This document shows, piece by piece, positions 32,337 through 47,749 of a stretch of DNA of 64,000 bases (within the stretch, counting starts at the first letter, position 1; the number at the start of each line of letters is the position of its first letter). The stretch is from Chrysomallon squamiferum (lineage: Eukaryota > Animalia > Mollusca): NCBI GenBank assembly GCA_012295275.1, contig CM022672.1, forward strand, positions 16,368,001 to 16,432,000, written 5' to 3'. Made by a program: the position numbers and the translations under genes. The notes beneath the pieces are model-generated. The model was given only the letters and a program-made list of their open reading frames with translations. It ran no database searches and was not told the origin of the DNA.

Positions 32337-32385
32337 TTTCGTTCCAACAATAATGCTCAGCTGGTTGTCGTCTTCGTCCACGCGT
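32337..32385 (-). other. 5'-UTR part of the first coding exon of CCAP
   Basis: Acceptor tgtctttgttttcag|ACG at 32386/32385 upstream of the ATG in GAAAATG context implies an upstream non-coding exon. Confidence 0.65.
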
Positions 32386-34130
32386 CTGAAAACAAAGACA
32401 TCATCGATGAAAGCGGAGTTAATGCACAGGACTGGGGAACAATTCAATCATATCGTCCGAAATGAAATTAAACATCTTTGCCCATCAGCGAGGTAATTGG
32501 CGCGTAATGCTACAACCGAAAGAGACTTGAAAAGATTCCCATCGACACCCTGTGCCAAAGTCAATGTGCGAGACGTGCTGGAAATGACACCACGGCCTTT
32601 TAAGATCCACTATCTGTAACCAACTTTTCTTAGAAGGATTTCCGTGAACAAAAGTTGCCGACGCCATTTGTACGCTAACGAAATACGACGCGCGTTCCTA
32701 GCGTCCATCTTAATCCCAGGCGGACAATATTAGATTAGAAACCCGTCTAAATTTAACTTTTTCCAAAAAAATGTTTTGCTCTTAAACAGGCTTTAAGCAT
32801 TTACTGTCGATCGACTTCACAGTAATTAAATTACAATTACACTGTTGAACTTCATTGCGAACACTGATTAAATATTTTATTTCTAACAAATAGCTGTCGA
32901 TTGCAACCATCTGTAAAAAATAATAAAATACTGTACTGTATAGTGAATTTGCGTCATCAGAGACGCTTTTTAAAATGTTTGTTTGAACAAATATAAATTA
33001 ATAAATTATGTTTAAGCCTATCCAGTTAAATCCCTAGTAGCTATACTTTCCAGCATTTCTAGTAAATGCTTGTTTACGTACACTGCAAGCATTTATCTTA
33101 TGTAATGCCATCTTTTTTATTATAAATTAAAATGTTCATGATACTATAATGATAGAATAATAATTCTTCAGACATTAATAAAGTTAACGTTTATTAGGAA
33201 GACAATATCATAAAATCCTACTGAGGCAGAAACAAGTAAATACATTTATATGTGTATGTATGTGGATGTATGAAATGTATGTGTCTATATGCATGTTTGT
33301 ATGCATGAATGTATTTGATCTGTAGGTATGTATGTGGATATGTAGGTAGGAAGGTATATCAGAATATATATATATATATATATTTAAAAAAAAAACATTA
33401 TCTGATGAAAGGACACATATAAAATTCAAATTATTAATAATCTTCTTTGACTGTTTTTGACCGGACAGACTTGACTAGAATCTTATATTTAGAAATCTAT
33501 ACTCAAAATATTAATCGATGTTTTTAAGCTTTTAATTCTTCGATTACAATTCACAAAACACAATGAGGCAGCTCGCAAACAGAATCAGTTATTATTTTTT
33601 CCAGCTCTGAATGCCCGATCTGGAATTGCTCACGAGGGAATCGTTATGTCTAAATCAACAATACTGTTCAGGAAGCAGTGTGAAATGTTTTAAATAAAAC
33701 ATTATAAAGTCGTCATTTTTATTAGGAATGAACTACATACTTGTTGAAAATTATATATATTTTTTTTATTTCATGCTTTTGTTTTTTACTTTTCTAAAAA
33801 ACAGTTTAGGGTTTAATCTAGCACAGCTATAAACATTAAAAAAAATATTTATGTTATTGTTGTCTCGTCATAGTCATCATCTTCATTATCATTATTATTA
33901 TTATTGTCATTATTATTATTATTATTATTTTTTTTTTATTAATGTATTAATATTAGTGATCCAAATATTAATATAAGGCATATTTTATATATCTGCTTTG
34001 TTATCTACTATCATGATTATGATGATGATGACAACAACAATATTAGTAATATTAAGAACAACAATAATAACAAATTCAAAAAATAAACAATACAAAGTAA
34101 TAGTTACAAATAAGCCATTACGACGAGTGA

Positions 34131-34191
<61 letters not shown>

Positions 34192-36340
34192 TAAAATAAT
34201 AACAGTAAGGTTAATACTTATATTAAAACCGTTTCTACTGAACAATTTAATTAATACAACATAACTTAATATTTTTTTTTTCTTTATACTTTTTGAAAAG
34301 CATACCTGTTTCTGTAGTTCGTTGAAAACTGGTTAACTCAGTGTTTCAGCAATTGTACATCCAACAGAGAATGTGAAATGATGTGACTAATGCAGATAAC
34401 TGTGTTGTTGTTCACTGAAGTTTACTGTACATTTTTTATTTGTATTTTGTTCTACTATAATGGGAGTGTCAGCTACAATGGAAGGTGGAATAAGCCAATC
34501 AAATCACGTCGTTGGAACTATGCGAGTCAGTCGTTACTAGGCATTTGAAAATGGGAATAGAGCTAGTAACAGTTAAGCTAGAATAACTTATCTGATAGTT
34601 TTTGCTTAATGAATTACTGAATAAATAATTAATCAGTTGAAATAAAAATAACAATAAGTTTTTACGTGACAAACGAAACATTTTTTGCTACATTAAACCA
34701 TTTTATACTGTATTATAATTTATGTTGATATTTGTTGAGTTTTTATAATTAAGTTTTATTATTATTATTTTGTTGTTGTTGTTGTTGTTATCGTTGTTAT
34801 TATTATAAAAAAAAAATTAACAATAAAAAGATAAAATGCCATTTTTCCATCTTTATCATACACCATCATTTACCGCAGTTCTAGTCATCATCATCATAGT
34901 ACTATTTCTCATCAGTAATCATACTCATTTATTGATCATCATTATTTACTGATCGTCATTATTATTCACATTCGTCATTAACTGAATACAAACATCATCA
35001 CAGAAAATGCTGTGCCTCTACTGTCATCATTGTTACGATTATCTCAACTATTTGTTGTTTATATACAAAATGACACAGAAAAATAAATATATAGCACATT
35101 CGTTTCAGAATAACTTCATTCAAACTTAGAAACGAGATCAGAAATGGCAAAAATCTTTTCATCGGTAGAATCCGCATACTATAAATTTTAGATATTTGAC
35201 AGCCGCAAAATATATCCGTTAATGTTATATATGACCTTTGATGCCAGAAAGATCTGACCAAATATATTTCCACGAGCCGTATATTAAATGTTAAAGAACC
35301 AATCATAGAAAATACCTACTCATGAAGAACTCGTCTTCAGTTAACTAACATCTGTTTCTACAGAGGTAATTCACATAATGTTTTGAAAATACTCAGTATT
35401 TTGTTACACTATATCATTTGAACTCAAAGTCTTCATATAAAGAAAATATCCGCAAATATGTCTATACTCACGCGATGTTACTGTGTGTTGGTCAGGTATA
35501 TTTTATATTTAATTTTGAAAAATCATTTGAAGAAACGTACCAATTGCCTTACAATAATCGAAATGAATATCTAATTTAGTTTATTTTAAAAAAATAATAA
35601 TAATCAAGTTAAAAATACAAAACAAAAAAACAACAAAAAAAGAACAAAAAAACCCCACTAGGTTGGAGAGAGGATTCCAAAGCTGTGATATTCACAACAG
35701 TTATTATTGATGATAATGATAATGATAACGAATAATCTAGCTAAGAATGGTCATAGAGATTTGACATTTCAGACACTGAACAAAAATTCATATTTCGATT
35801 TCAAAGTAATGTAGCAAAATTATACATAGTGCTGAAACAGAAATTGCTTCCATGAGGAAGAATGGAAATTATTTCCCACTGCATCTTAGGAACAAATTCC
35901 AAGATCTGCATGACATTAAAATGAGTATTTTACTAAATGGTTTCAGATAATTGCTGAGTAGCCATCTCCCAGAAAGACATAGAAACGAATAACTAATAAT
36001 GGTCATTAATGGACAGTAATGGGCACTAAAGGTCAGCTACCAGTAAGAAAGAATCACCTTGGCGACATCCAACAGATAATTTCACATAAGCCTATACTGA
36101 ATTTATAATGTATTTTCCCATAACCACACAGACCTCCAAGGTAAACTAAAGATATTTATTTCACGAAATCGTTTTCAGACACAATACAGTTGGATGTTTT
36201 TTTTGTGGTTTTTTTTCTTCAGATCGGGTAACAGTAAATTACTCGGGTAATTTTTGAAGCGAAATTATCTGAATTCATCAAACTGAGTTAGATATAATAA
36301 TATAACAAAGGAGAAATATAATAAAGAAGAACAACAACAA

Positions 36341-36387
36341 TAGTAGTAGTAGTAGTAATTGTGGTAGTAGTAGTAGTAATAGTAGTG

Positions 36388-36429
<42 letters not shown>

Positions 36430-36508
36430 ATAGTAGTGGTAATAGTAGTAGTAGTAGTAGTAGTAGTAGTAATTGTGGTAATAGTAGTAGTAGTAGTAGT
36501 AGTAGTAA
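36341..36508. repeat. (AGT)n microsatellite
   Basis: Near-perfect trinucleotide run; source of the spurious poly-T and poly-V ORFs. Confidence 0.95.
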
Positions 36509-37811
36509 TCAAAATGATAATAAGTATGAAAACTGATTTAATTAAGATTTAATGATTCTTTTTTTACCATATTTAAAATAACTTAATACAACAAAATGCT
36601 ATGACATTCCATTCTGAGATAGCAGAATATAACGTGTATCTGCTTAGTATAATGAAATCGTACAATGTTAGTAATATCTTATCTTACCATTAGGTCCTTA
36701 CTTCTTTTTTCTTTCTTTTCTTTTTTTATCAGATCAGATCAAAAAGAGACGTTTTATATACATTCAAGATATTTCAAAGATAATATACATATACGCTTAC
36801 AACAGAAATGGGGTAGAAATCAGAGAAAGAGAGAGAGAGAGATTTTAATGTTATTTTATGGACAATTGTTATTTCCGTCTAAATCTGTTTAATCAGCAAA
36901 ATATTAAAAATACTATTAACAAAAAATAGAAGTTCTGCAATTAAAGCTGAAATTAAATCTTTACCATATCATTTCTTCTGGAAGCTTCACATCCTAAATA
37001 TTTTCTAAGCGTTAATAAATGGAGAATTAAACCTAAAACAAGCAAGATGTCATTTTAAAATTAACCATCCATGAAATTAGTATTATAAACGTCATCACTA
37101 ACTATCGGTTTGCGTATTTGTCATTTAATCACAAGGTACACCCCAAAATTTGAATTAAAACTATGTTTGGTGGGTCAGTTCCATGTACTTTCCAGACTCC
37201 AATTTGGAAAACACTCGAAATTAATGAAAACCATCCCCTAGACGCCTTACCTCGTTAAAACTGATCGATTATTAACCATGTACTGTTCAGTGAAGTTGCT
37301 GAGAGTGCAGTACTCAAAGATTTTCAATTTGTTTTTGTCCATGTGTAGATTTTGGTTATAAATTAACTAAACTAACCAATCAACTAACTAACTAACATAC
37401 GCTTGACCAAAACCTTGAACTGGTATTCAGTTAAATGTTTCTAGTGATAAAGCTACTCATACTGGTCTTCAGAATTGAACTTGGACTTCTGAAGTTAATG
37501 CTGTTACCAAATGGTTTTGAAGTGTTCACACTATGTTAAAGAACTTTTCTCTCATTGCATGCGTGATATTTCTTTTCAAAGAATACGCCGAAGAACAAAT
37601 TATTAGGTATCTTGTAGTTTATGACATATCCCACATGTAATGTTAAAGGTTAAAAGTTATTTTCTCTCTCGCTCTCTGTTTCTCTTAATCATTTCATATT
37701 TCTCTAGACGAAAGAAGATTCCCATCCATACATACATACATAAAAACATACATACATACATACATACATATACATATATATACATATACATACATATACA
37801 TATATACATAT

Positions 37812-37879
<68 letters not shown>

Positions 37880-37882
37880 TTT

Positions 37883-38080
37883 GTCTTGATGATCGATTGG
37901 TAACGTCGTTCGCTTTCTTAGTTTGGGCGAATGGGTGTCATACGTTCAAGACTCGTTAGTCGGATCTGACGGGTTTTGTGAGGTCCTGATTGGACTTTGT
38001 CCTATAGGTGTGCTGGCGCAGAGTCTAATCAGACGTACATAAGACTGAGAATATCAAAATGCTAAAATACATATATCCAT
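37883..38080 (+). mobile_element. tRNA-derived SINE
   Basis: A-box-like TGATCGATTGG (37890-37900), B-box-like GTTCAAGAC (37944-37952), GC-richer body, degenerate (ACAT)n tail; inserted beside a (CA)n run. Confidence 0.55.
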
Positions 38081-40410
38081 ATGCACAAAGAGACAAACAC
38101 ACTTACATAGACATACAGATAAACATACAAGGATACATACAAAAATACGAACACATAATTATATTATCTGTTTGAGATGGTATTTTTATTGCAACACACA
38201 CATATACACACATACACACACACACAAACACACACACATACAGACATTTTCATATCCAGGGACATTCTAATTTCATATAAACAGAACTTTAAAAGTTAAA
38301 TTCTTTAATGTTTTTGTTAGTACAGACATTGAAATTCCGTATTCAATTATCTATATCTATTTTTTAAAAACCTGAAAAGTCTGATGATAACATAACATGG
38401 ATAAAAACAAGATATTTGATTAATTATTAAAACTAATTAGACTTAACAATAATCAAAAGAATTCTTCTTAGATACTTGGACGATTGTTCAAACATTTTTT
38501 CTCTACCGTAAATAAAGTTTTCCCTTTTACGGCACAACAAAGGAAAGATTTTATAAACAGAAATCAGATATACCGCTATTCATTTAATACGGAAAGAGAA
38601 TTGCGAAGAAATGGAAAATTAATAAAAGAATGAAAAACGTAAATAAGAAAGGAAACATGAATGAAATGATCCGAAAGTTGAATGTAATCGATAACAGTGA
38701 ATACAACAATCATTTATTTAATTTATTATTTAGTACAGCTTTTCTCTTTTACATTTTTTTTTTAAAATTGTCATTCATCCATTTGTTTATTTATTTATTT
38801 ATTTTATTGATTATATATTATTTGATTTATTTACATACCATTCATTCATCCTTTCATCAATTTTTTATTTGTTTGTTTTGTTTATATATTTAATTATTTA
38901 TTTTATTGATTTATTTATTTATATACTGACATTTCATTTATTCATTCATTTTTTCCAATTTTTTTTTTTTTTTTTTTTTTTTTTATACATTTATATATTT
39001 ATTTATTTATTATTATTCCAGTGATTGATCAGTTGATTAACTGATTAACTCATTGATTTACTTATTTCTTTATTTTTAATATGTTTTTATAATAAGAGCG
39101 TTGACTGGAGAATTAATAATTTCTGGAATTAATCCACCCCATTGCGTTCGTTGTTTTTTTTTCCCGTTCTAACAGCACCCCACGATATGTACTGTGAATA
39201 CATGTAATTTTTAAGTAATAAAATGCACAGAGATGTAGTGGTCAGGTATTAGTTGTTCCAAATGAAAATAAACAAACAGATGAACATTAATAATATTAAA
39301 CTAAAATTTATTATAAAACAGCCCCCGTGTTTTGCAAACAGAACTGTATTTTTAATTCTGCATGTAAAATACGCTGAGGTAGTTTGATAAACTAATTAAA
39401 TGAAAATGCTTCAGGCGAGGAACAAAAAAAAAGACCCAGGGAAATTATATTACATTGCCATTAATGTTGGTCTTTTATTAATAAAATTTTCGATGATGTG
39501 ACATTTCTCGCTTTTGTAATTCGGTAACAAGTGAAAAAACAAAATACAAGCTTGCTACCTAATATTCCAGTCAGTGTGCTAAAATATAGCTAACAGTCTT
39601 ATTATTATCATCAACATCATCATCATTATCACCACTGATATTATTATTATCATTATTATATATACATGTTAACAGTATCTTTCAACAGTATTTCTTAAAT
39701 ATATTTTCGATGCTGTTTATAGTTTATATAACGTGTGAGTGTTTATAAAATGCCTTCTTGTCCACCCATGTGTGTGTATGCGTATTTGCTTCTTTCAAAC
39801 ACAAAACAAATATATTTTATTTGTGTATATTTGCGCACATCTATGTCTGTCTATACGTATTTTTATGTGTGTATATACGTTTATATATATGTGATATATA
39901 TGTTTGTGTGAAAGTGTGTTTCTGTGTGTGTGTGTGTGCGTGTATGTGTGTGGATATTTTAACAACTTAGAAAGAGGTCTCAAAAGTTATTCATCACTGA
40001 TATTAAAAGCTAAACAAAATATTACTACAGTCAGACAATATATATATATATATAGAACAGAAATAAAATGAAAATAAAACTATGAATTCTTAACTGCAGT
40101 TAAAGAAAATATGTATCTTTGTGTCTATGCAGTCTCGCTTAAGCAATTAAAATTGTTCAACGCTTTTCAAAAAGAAACATATTATTTATATAGCTAAAAC
40201 ACTCTTAAATCGAAGCAAACAACGAAAGCATTGTGATTGTTAAAGTTAATAAATAATACATTGCCTGTAATCGCTTACCACACTTCGCTTACATAGCGTG
40301 TTGAGTTCTAACGTTTTAAACTTTTTTTTGCTAGTTTGTTCTCTCCTGAAGTGTTATAACACACACACTCACACAGACAGAGACATGTAGATAGACAGAT
40401 ATATATATAT

Positions 40411-40529
<119 letters not shown>

Positions 40530-40723
40530 CCCGCTCAAAAAACAAAAAAAGAGAAAAAGCTTGGGGTAAAATATTCATGAAATTATTTCTTTGTTACAGT
40601 AGCATAATTTGGTTATTTAAGATGGTATCACATTAAAATGTGTATGGCACCATATTCTTGCTGAGGACTGCAGTTAGTTGAGATGTTTTCGTCACCAAAC
40701 AGTGTTGGAAGAGGGTGTTCAAA

Positions 40724-40975
40724 TCAATACCTTGCGTGCCCACCAGCGCCAGCAATCATCACTGCATAACATTTCCTTGGCATAGACTGAATGAGTCTCT
40801 GAAACCGGGCACACGGAATCCTAGCCCTTTCTTCCTGCAGAGTATGTAACAGAGTATGTAACGTCCAACAGACGTCGGCAGATGGGGTTGAGATCTGGCG
40901 ATCGCGATAGCTATGGCAGCACACAATAATAATGTTCTCATTCCGCTGGAAATCCATTGCTGCACGTGCCGTGTA
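40724..40975 (-). mobile_element. Tc1-family transposase C-terminal remnant (decayed)
   Basis: Across two frames: TARAAMDFQRNENI / VLP*LSRSPDLNPI / LQEERARIP..FQRLIQSMPRKCYAVM..GGHARY*. This matches the Tc1 WPxxSPDLNPIE and SMPRRCxAVIxAxGGxTxY motifs, with a stop, frameshift and internal deletion. Confidence 0.85.
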
Positions 40976-41262
40976 TTAATAATATTTTATCACTAATATA
41001 GTATTAACATTATATGAATTTTAATTTACGACACTATCATATTAACATTATGTTAATGTATCTTACCACTAGTGTTATATAAACATTATTTCTTTCCTTA
41101 TAAACTTGTACAGTAGCATTATATTAATTTTAACTTATTACTAATATCATATTATTACATTAATATTAACGTAATAATATTATATTTATAATTTGTGAAT
41201 TTTATCATATGACCATATTAATGGTACATGAAATTTATACATACAAACATACATACACACAC

Positions 41263-41331
<69 letters not shown>

Positions 41332-41526
41332 TACATACATACATACATACATACATACATAAACACATATCCATTCATACACACATGCGAAAACAAAATA
41401 AATGCTCGAGAGCGGAGAGATAAGAAATCATTGATAACTTTCTTAAGATATCCCTTTTTACCTGGCTCTTATGTAACTGCATTCATCATTCTAACCTTCG
41501 CAGGATAAAGCTGATAGTAATCAGTT

Positions 41527-41626
<100 letters not shown>

Positions 41627-43347
41627 TATATATATTTATATATACATACATACATATATATATATAAAGATATTACAAACGGTTCTTCAATTTACAACAA
41701 CCAAAAAAAACAGTCTATGAAAAACTGTGCTGAAATATTTTCCGAAACATAATTAAAGAGAGTATTTGCCTTTTAATGTGACTTCATGGAAATCAGAAAA
41801 TGATTAAATACGAGCCGGCTTTTTACTTTTTTTTCTTTTTTTTCTGTTGGATTAATTTTTCAGGATTTGCAATTTACGCGTGTTTGATTTGTTCGCATTT
41901 GTGATATCATTTACAGATAATCCTTCGAAACTGATCTCTGTTTTTTTTTTGGCTACTGGATTTTCGCACTTTTAAACAGCCAAAGGCAGTTCGGAATGAG
42001 TGTTAGGCAGTTCGGGAGATTAAAACAGTGTTTGTTAGCATCGGGCGTAATTGGACGAATACCAACAGTATTAATATTAGAGTGCTAAAGCAGAAAACCG
42101 CCCCCGCAGATGCACCATCATATGTATTTATTCATTTATTCATTTTTTGTTAATGAATTAAATAATCTGCTGTTTGTTGTTAAAGTGCCGTCATCAATGC
42201 ACTTACTGGCTTTTTAAATTATTGATGTTTTCAACTTTGTTGGGTTTCTTCTTCTTCTTCTTCTTTTTTCGACTTCTTAACTTTATTATTAGTTCTAATT
42301 GTACAATATAGTAACAGTAGCAACGGTGTTAATCCAGTGGTGGTACTTTAACATCATTAACAGCGATAGCGGCAGCAGCAGTAGTTGCAGAATTAGTAAC
42401 AACAACAGCAGCAGAAGCTGAATAATTACGATTCGTTCCCAGTGGGTTACCGTTCCAAAGACAGGCCTCAGACGACAAGAATACTATTGCTCCTTCGAGG
42501 TTCTTCGGGTGCAAAAACCTCCACTATTAAAATAGTTTATTTATTGCATGGAAACCAGTACTATCTTTTCCATCTCAGTCATAGCCTGTCGTTTGTTCCT
42601 TTGTTGTCTTTGATGATGTCGAGAAATTATTATTAATTATTGATACGAAAATAACAAAAACAATGTGTTGTTGTTGTACGCGAAAACTTTGCTGCGATAA
42701 AATCGAAAGTAATATTCAAAAAACACGTACTTGTTTTATTTAAACAAGTAAACAAGCAAATTGAGCAACCAAGTAAATATAATGTAAACTATTGTCTAAT
42801 TTAGATAATTATTATTGTGACATTTACAACATATTTCGATCAACTGTGCGGAATACTGGTAATACATACACATATAATTATAGGTAATTATCGTAAATAA
42901 ATTTGTTTAAACGAGTGTGGATAATGTTTAGACAGATATAAATATTTTGTAAATATCAGTACAAAAGCTAGACTGAGCTATGTCTGTTCCTATATATGTA
43001 TGTATGTATTCATGCATGTGCATATGGATGTCTCTGAGTTACTGTGCATGGATGTCAGGTGTACGTACGTACGTATATACCTATTTATGTCTGTCTGTCT
43101 GTATGTATGTATATATGTCTGTATCTATACAAGTAATTATCTTTAAGAACATATAATCAAGTGTGTGTGTGTGTGTGAGAGTGCGCGCGCGCGTGTGTAT
43201 GTGTTTAATACCAATGTTTTGATATTTAGATACCAAATGATAGCTTGAATTATTTATTTATTTAATTAGTTAGTTAAGAATTTTTTGTTTTATTATTGCA
43301 TTTTCTTCTTCTTTTTTCTTCCTTTCTTTTTTATTTTGTCTTCCTTC

Positions 43348-43392
<45 letters not shown>

Positions 43393-45090
43393 TTGTATTA
43401 ACTGCCAAGCGTTTTCAATTTAAGTGTGGCAATAAATAATGTTTGCAGTTTCCATCATTTACTAGCAATTACTGTCATCACTGCAAATAATCTGCATCTT
43501 TCTTTCTTTTCTGTAAATATTTAGATATTGTTTTAAAGGTCGTTCTTAATTCTGTTTTTAAATTAAAGCATTATCGTAACATTATATTAAGGAAAACAAC
43601 AACAGTATGATGTCATTATTAATAACAAAACAAAAGCAGTAATAAATGGAGATAATAATTTATGTATTAGTTGTAGTAGTAGAAGCAGCAACAAAACAGA
43701 AGTAGTAGTAGCATCAGTAGTATTATTAATATTAATAAGAGTAGTTCTAGTAGTAGTAGGTTATTGGCTGTTGTAGTAGTGGTAGTAACAGCAATGGTAG
43801 CAGTATCAGTAATATAGTAGTAATACTAATATTTATTAGAAGAACAGAGGAATAGTAGCAGCAGTAGAAGAAGAAGAATGAGTTCTAACCAGAGCAACAT
43901 GTTTTAATACATAAAAGTATTAGCTATATTACTAACAGTAGTAGTGGTTGTAGTAGCAATACTAGCAGTAGCATTAGCAGCAGTTACAACAGCATATTAT
44001 AATAAGTAGAAGCAGATAAACAGACAATGACAATAGTAGATGGATGTATATTCGAGGTGCGATCTTAATCACAAATATTGTAATGTTACATATGGTTTAA
44101 GATTATCAATAATACGTCTACAGAGTAATTAATTACTTTGTTTTATATAGAGCCTAGACCATCTGTTGGTTTTCTTGTCTGCTTAATATTTTGACACCGA
44201 CAACAGAATCTAAGACTAGTGCATAGGCGGGTGGGCTACGACGTCTACGATCCCGTCTGAATACACCACTGTTCACTATTCAGATACATAATACTAGAGC
44301 TTATTCTCTACTGTTATTTATTGTCAAATATAATTATTCAAAACAAAACATAAACAAAACGTAAATGTTTGTCACAAATATTAAAACATATTCAATGATA
44401 TCAGCAATAGAATCGAGTTGACTGCAACGTAAAATGTTACAAATAATAATAATAATTAAGAAAATTTAAATGTGAAATATTCACTTTATTAAATATTTAT
44501 TTCATTTTATTATTATTTTCCTTTTAATTAAATTATCATCTTTCACAATGTTTTAAATGAAATACGAAAGAAATAAACTAAATAATCACGACATAATCCA
44601 GATAACTTGACGATTTAATTTGCAGCGACAGTTTTTAAAAAATTACATTAAATTTAATCTCTTGTTATTTACAGATATAGATTATAGATTCAAGTGGTTA
44701 ATTTTCATTTTATTTTCATCTCAGTAAAAATATTTTATATATAAAAAGTAAATCCGAAATTAGAGTTGGCTTAAAAAGCACACAATTATTACAACCAATA
44801 CATTCCACAACTTGCATATTTTTCAGAAATCTTTCCTTATTCTCCAAAACGGAAAATTATATATATATAAGTTTTAAAAGTTATAATCATATAGCACAGA
44901 AACAGATAGATGAAGAAAGTATGAAGGAAAGAAATGTAAATGAATAAATAAATAAAACGAAATAGATGAAATAAGAAAAAGATTATTATTTATTAAAAGA
45001 TATTTGCAAAATAATTATTTATATATGAATTAAATTTTAAACCATTACGAAATAAAAGTTAATTACCTTTACAAAATAGAAGTTAATTAC

Positions 45091-45333
45091 CTTAAGTTAT
45101 TAATTCTCTTTTTTCTTCTTTGGATTTCTGGATGTCTTAGCAGTTTTTCAGCAACGGATTGTCAGATCTCACGGAGGAAATATCTTCACTTCTGTTCGCC
45201 CACTCTTTCTGACGGTGAACACTCAAAATGTTCCAGGTGAGGAAACCTATCTCAAACGATCAACCCACGAGCGGAAATGACGACATCTGAATAAGACCCG
45301 AGCGACAAGACCTGAGAAACCTCTGTTATTAAA
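45091..45333 (-). promoter_or_regulatory. Candidate CCAP promoter and non-coding first exon
   Basis: On - strand: TATA-like TTTAATAA (45333-45326), Inr-like TTATTC ~30 nt downstream (~45292), a GC-richer ~200-nt stretch, then two AG|gtaatt donors at 45091 and 45067. Link to CCAP is inferred; I recognised no other gene between here and CCAP. Confidence 0.45.
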
Positions 45334-45610
45334 TTACCTGGGCAGCTCCACAAAGTGAACGTATAAACGAACCCCTATTACTTAGTCTTCTAACGATGTG
45401 GATGTTACCATAGAGATTGGCATATCTTTAGTTTTCGCCCACTTCAATGGAGACAAGTTAAGGGATAAATTGTAATTGAATTTCCAAGCCTTTCCTAATG
45501 TTGAGTCAAAGCACCGTTTCAAAGAATTTTAACGATCGCTAGCACACTGTCGCATAAAATATATAGGTTTTCCTACTTTTTATCTATTTACAGTTGAAGC
45601 ACGCTATGTT

Positions 45611-45770
45611 AGACAAAGGATGTTTGGGTTTAAGGGCATTAGCCAGCTAGTTAGAGGTGTCTACACATCCCCAAATGGACAGGTATAGAGACCAATACAC
45701 ATTGGTAGTCTAGGTTCATGCATCTAACAGTTTTTAGTTCCAGCACTTCACCCACTGTGCCACGGCGGCT
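45611..45770 (-). mobile_element. Degenerate tRNA-derived SINE
   Basis: tRNA-like 5' end GCCGCCGTGGCACAGTGGGTGAAGTGCTGGA with A-box TGGCACAGTGG; B-box decayed; ends CCCTTAAACCCAAAC. Confidence 0.45.
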
Positions 45771-46931
45771 GAACATATTATAGTATTTCGTTTCGGTCTT
45801 AAATGGGATCAAGGTTTTCCATGAAAACAATCTCATTAGTTACTTTTGTCTGGAGGCCGCCATATAAAGATATCCCAGTCGAACAGAAAAAGACATGCCT
45901 GTAAATTTGTTACCTGAAATATATGATTTTGGTAAATAATATCTTAATAACAGCAAAAACAGAGCTGGACCAGTAATTATTTTATAATTGCATTATTTAT
46001 GTACTGATTTATAGAATGAAAACGTAATATAAAATCTCTTTTAAAAAAAATAAGAAAGAACAATACTTAAACGAATTTTTGAAAAACAGCAACATCAAAA
46101 CATACCCACCTAAAACAGTCAAAACTTTCTAAAATGTGAACAAATAGCCTATATGGAACTTTTAGTTTTGTTTGCACGCGGAGGCCAAACTATGCGAATA
46201 AAAAATATGAGAATAACAGTAGAAGAAATGATTTAAACGTAACAAATAAGGTTTTTAAGTAATAACAGTCACAGAAGATAAAGGCAAACAAATACATATG
46301 TATCAGTCGCTGGCGAGTTTCCGTGCTATTCAGTTTATTATTAGAGAAATACAGAGATAAAAGATAATTTGAATTTACTGGAATAAATGTAATGGGTTAC
46401 CTTAATCTATCAAATTATTAACTTTTAAAAAACAAATAATGTTGTTAATAATAAAGATGATGAAAATGATGAAGAAGAAAATATGTTATGAGATAACTTT
46501 TTTCACGCTATTATTTGTAAATTAAAACTTGTTTAAGTACATAGTAATTAATAAGAAGAAGAAGATCAAGAAAAAGAAAATGAAGAAGAAGAAGATATAC
46601 TTTTAATTAAGAACTAATCTGCTAATACTGGAAATCTAAAAATGTGCTTAAATTACAATAGTTTTCATCTTCTTTTTTGTTATTATTATTATTATTAGTG
46701 TTGTTGTTGTTACTTTGTTGTTTTGCTGTTGGTTGTGGTGGCGATAGCGTTATTATTGTTTTTCTTCTTCTTGTAGCAACTATACAACAGCGAACGTATA
46801 AAAAATAAATGGATGTGATATTGAAAGTAGTGTCTTGTTTATTTAGTTTGGCCCAAGTGTGATGTATTTTTATCTATTTTACCACTATAGCTTTAAAAAA
46901 GACTTTAGGCTGTTATACTCATTGTTGCTAC

Positions 46932-46967
<36 letters not shown>

Positions 46968-47691
46968 GCCATATGCTATGTTAAATCACATCTTTTCTAT
47001 TCTAAAAATAAAATGACTAGTATTTATGTTAAAACAGAATATAGACTGAGGAAGGTAAATATTACAGTAGCATATTCATCAATAATGAAACAAGCAAAAC
47101 AGAGAGGTTTACCTCTGTGTGTGTGTTGTTGCTGTTGTTGTTGTTGTAGTAGTTTCTCAAGTATACTGACCAAACTAATTTAGGGATTGTTTTGATTGTT
47201 TTTTGGGTTTTTTTCATAGACTGTCATGCCTAGATCATACAAAATAATCTTGTGTTTTATGTTAATGATTTATAAACATGTCCCTTCACTTTTATCGTTC
47301 ATTATAGTTCAAAGTTATTGTTAAGAATAAAAGTTTAAAAAAAGTTAACATTGCAGTTTACCAGCTTTTTTCTCATCTGCGGTCTATTTATATCGTGAAG
47401 TGAGTAATAAGTTATTTTAAAAGTTTTCCGAACTGTTAGAAACCAACAGGGATTATATAAAATATATAAGCTATAACATACAGTGACGAACAAATGAATT
47501 TTGAAAAATAAATATAATTATTGAAAATAATAGAGATAATTATATAAGTAATAACATAGGATACTTATAAATTTATAAATTTCAGAAGAAGAATTATTCT
47601 TAATGAATCATATAAATTTTAGAATTGAAAAGTACAATGATAAACGGACAAAATTAACGCTTTATTAATTATACAGACAAGCCTATATATA

Positions 47692-47749
<58 letters not shown>

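Noticed and set aside
37883-37960. Genuine tRNA gene (also 45770-45700)
   Set aside because: Only A/B-box-like remnants; no acceptor-stem pairing or cloverleaf, and the sequence continues into a SINE-like body and tail.
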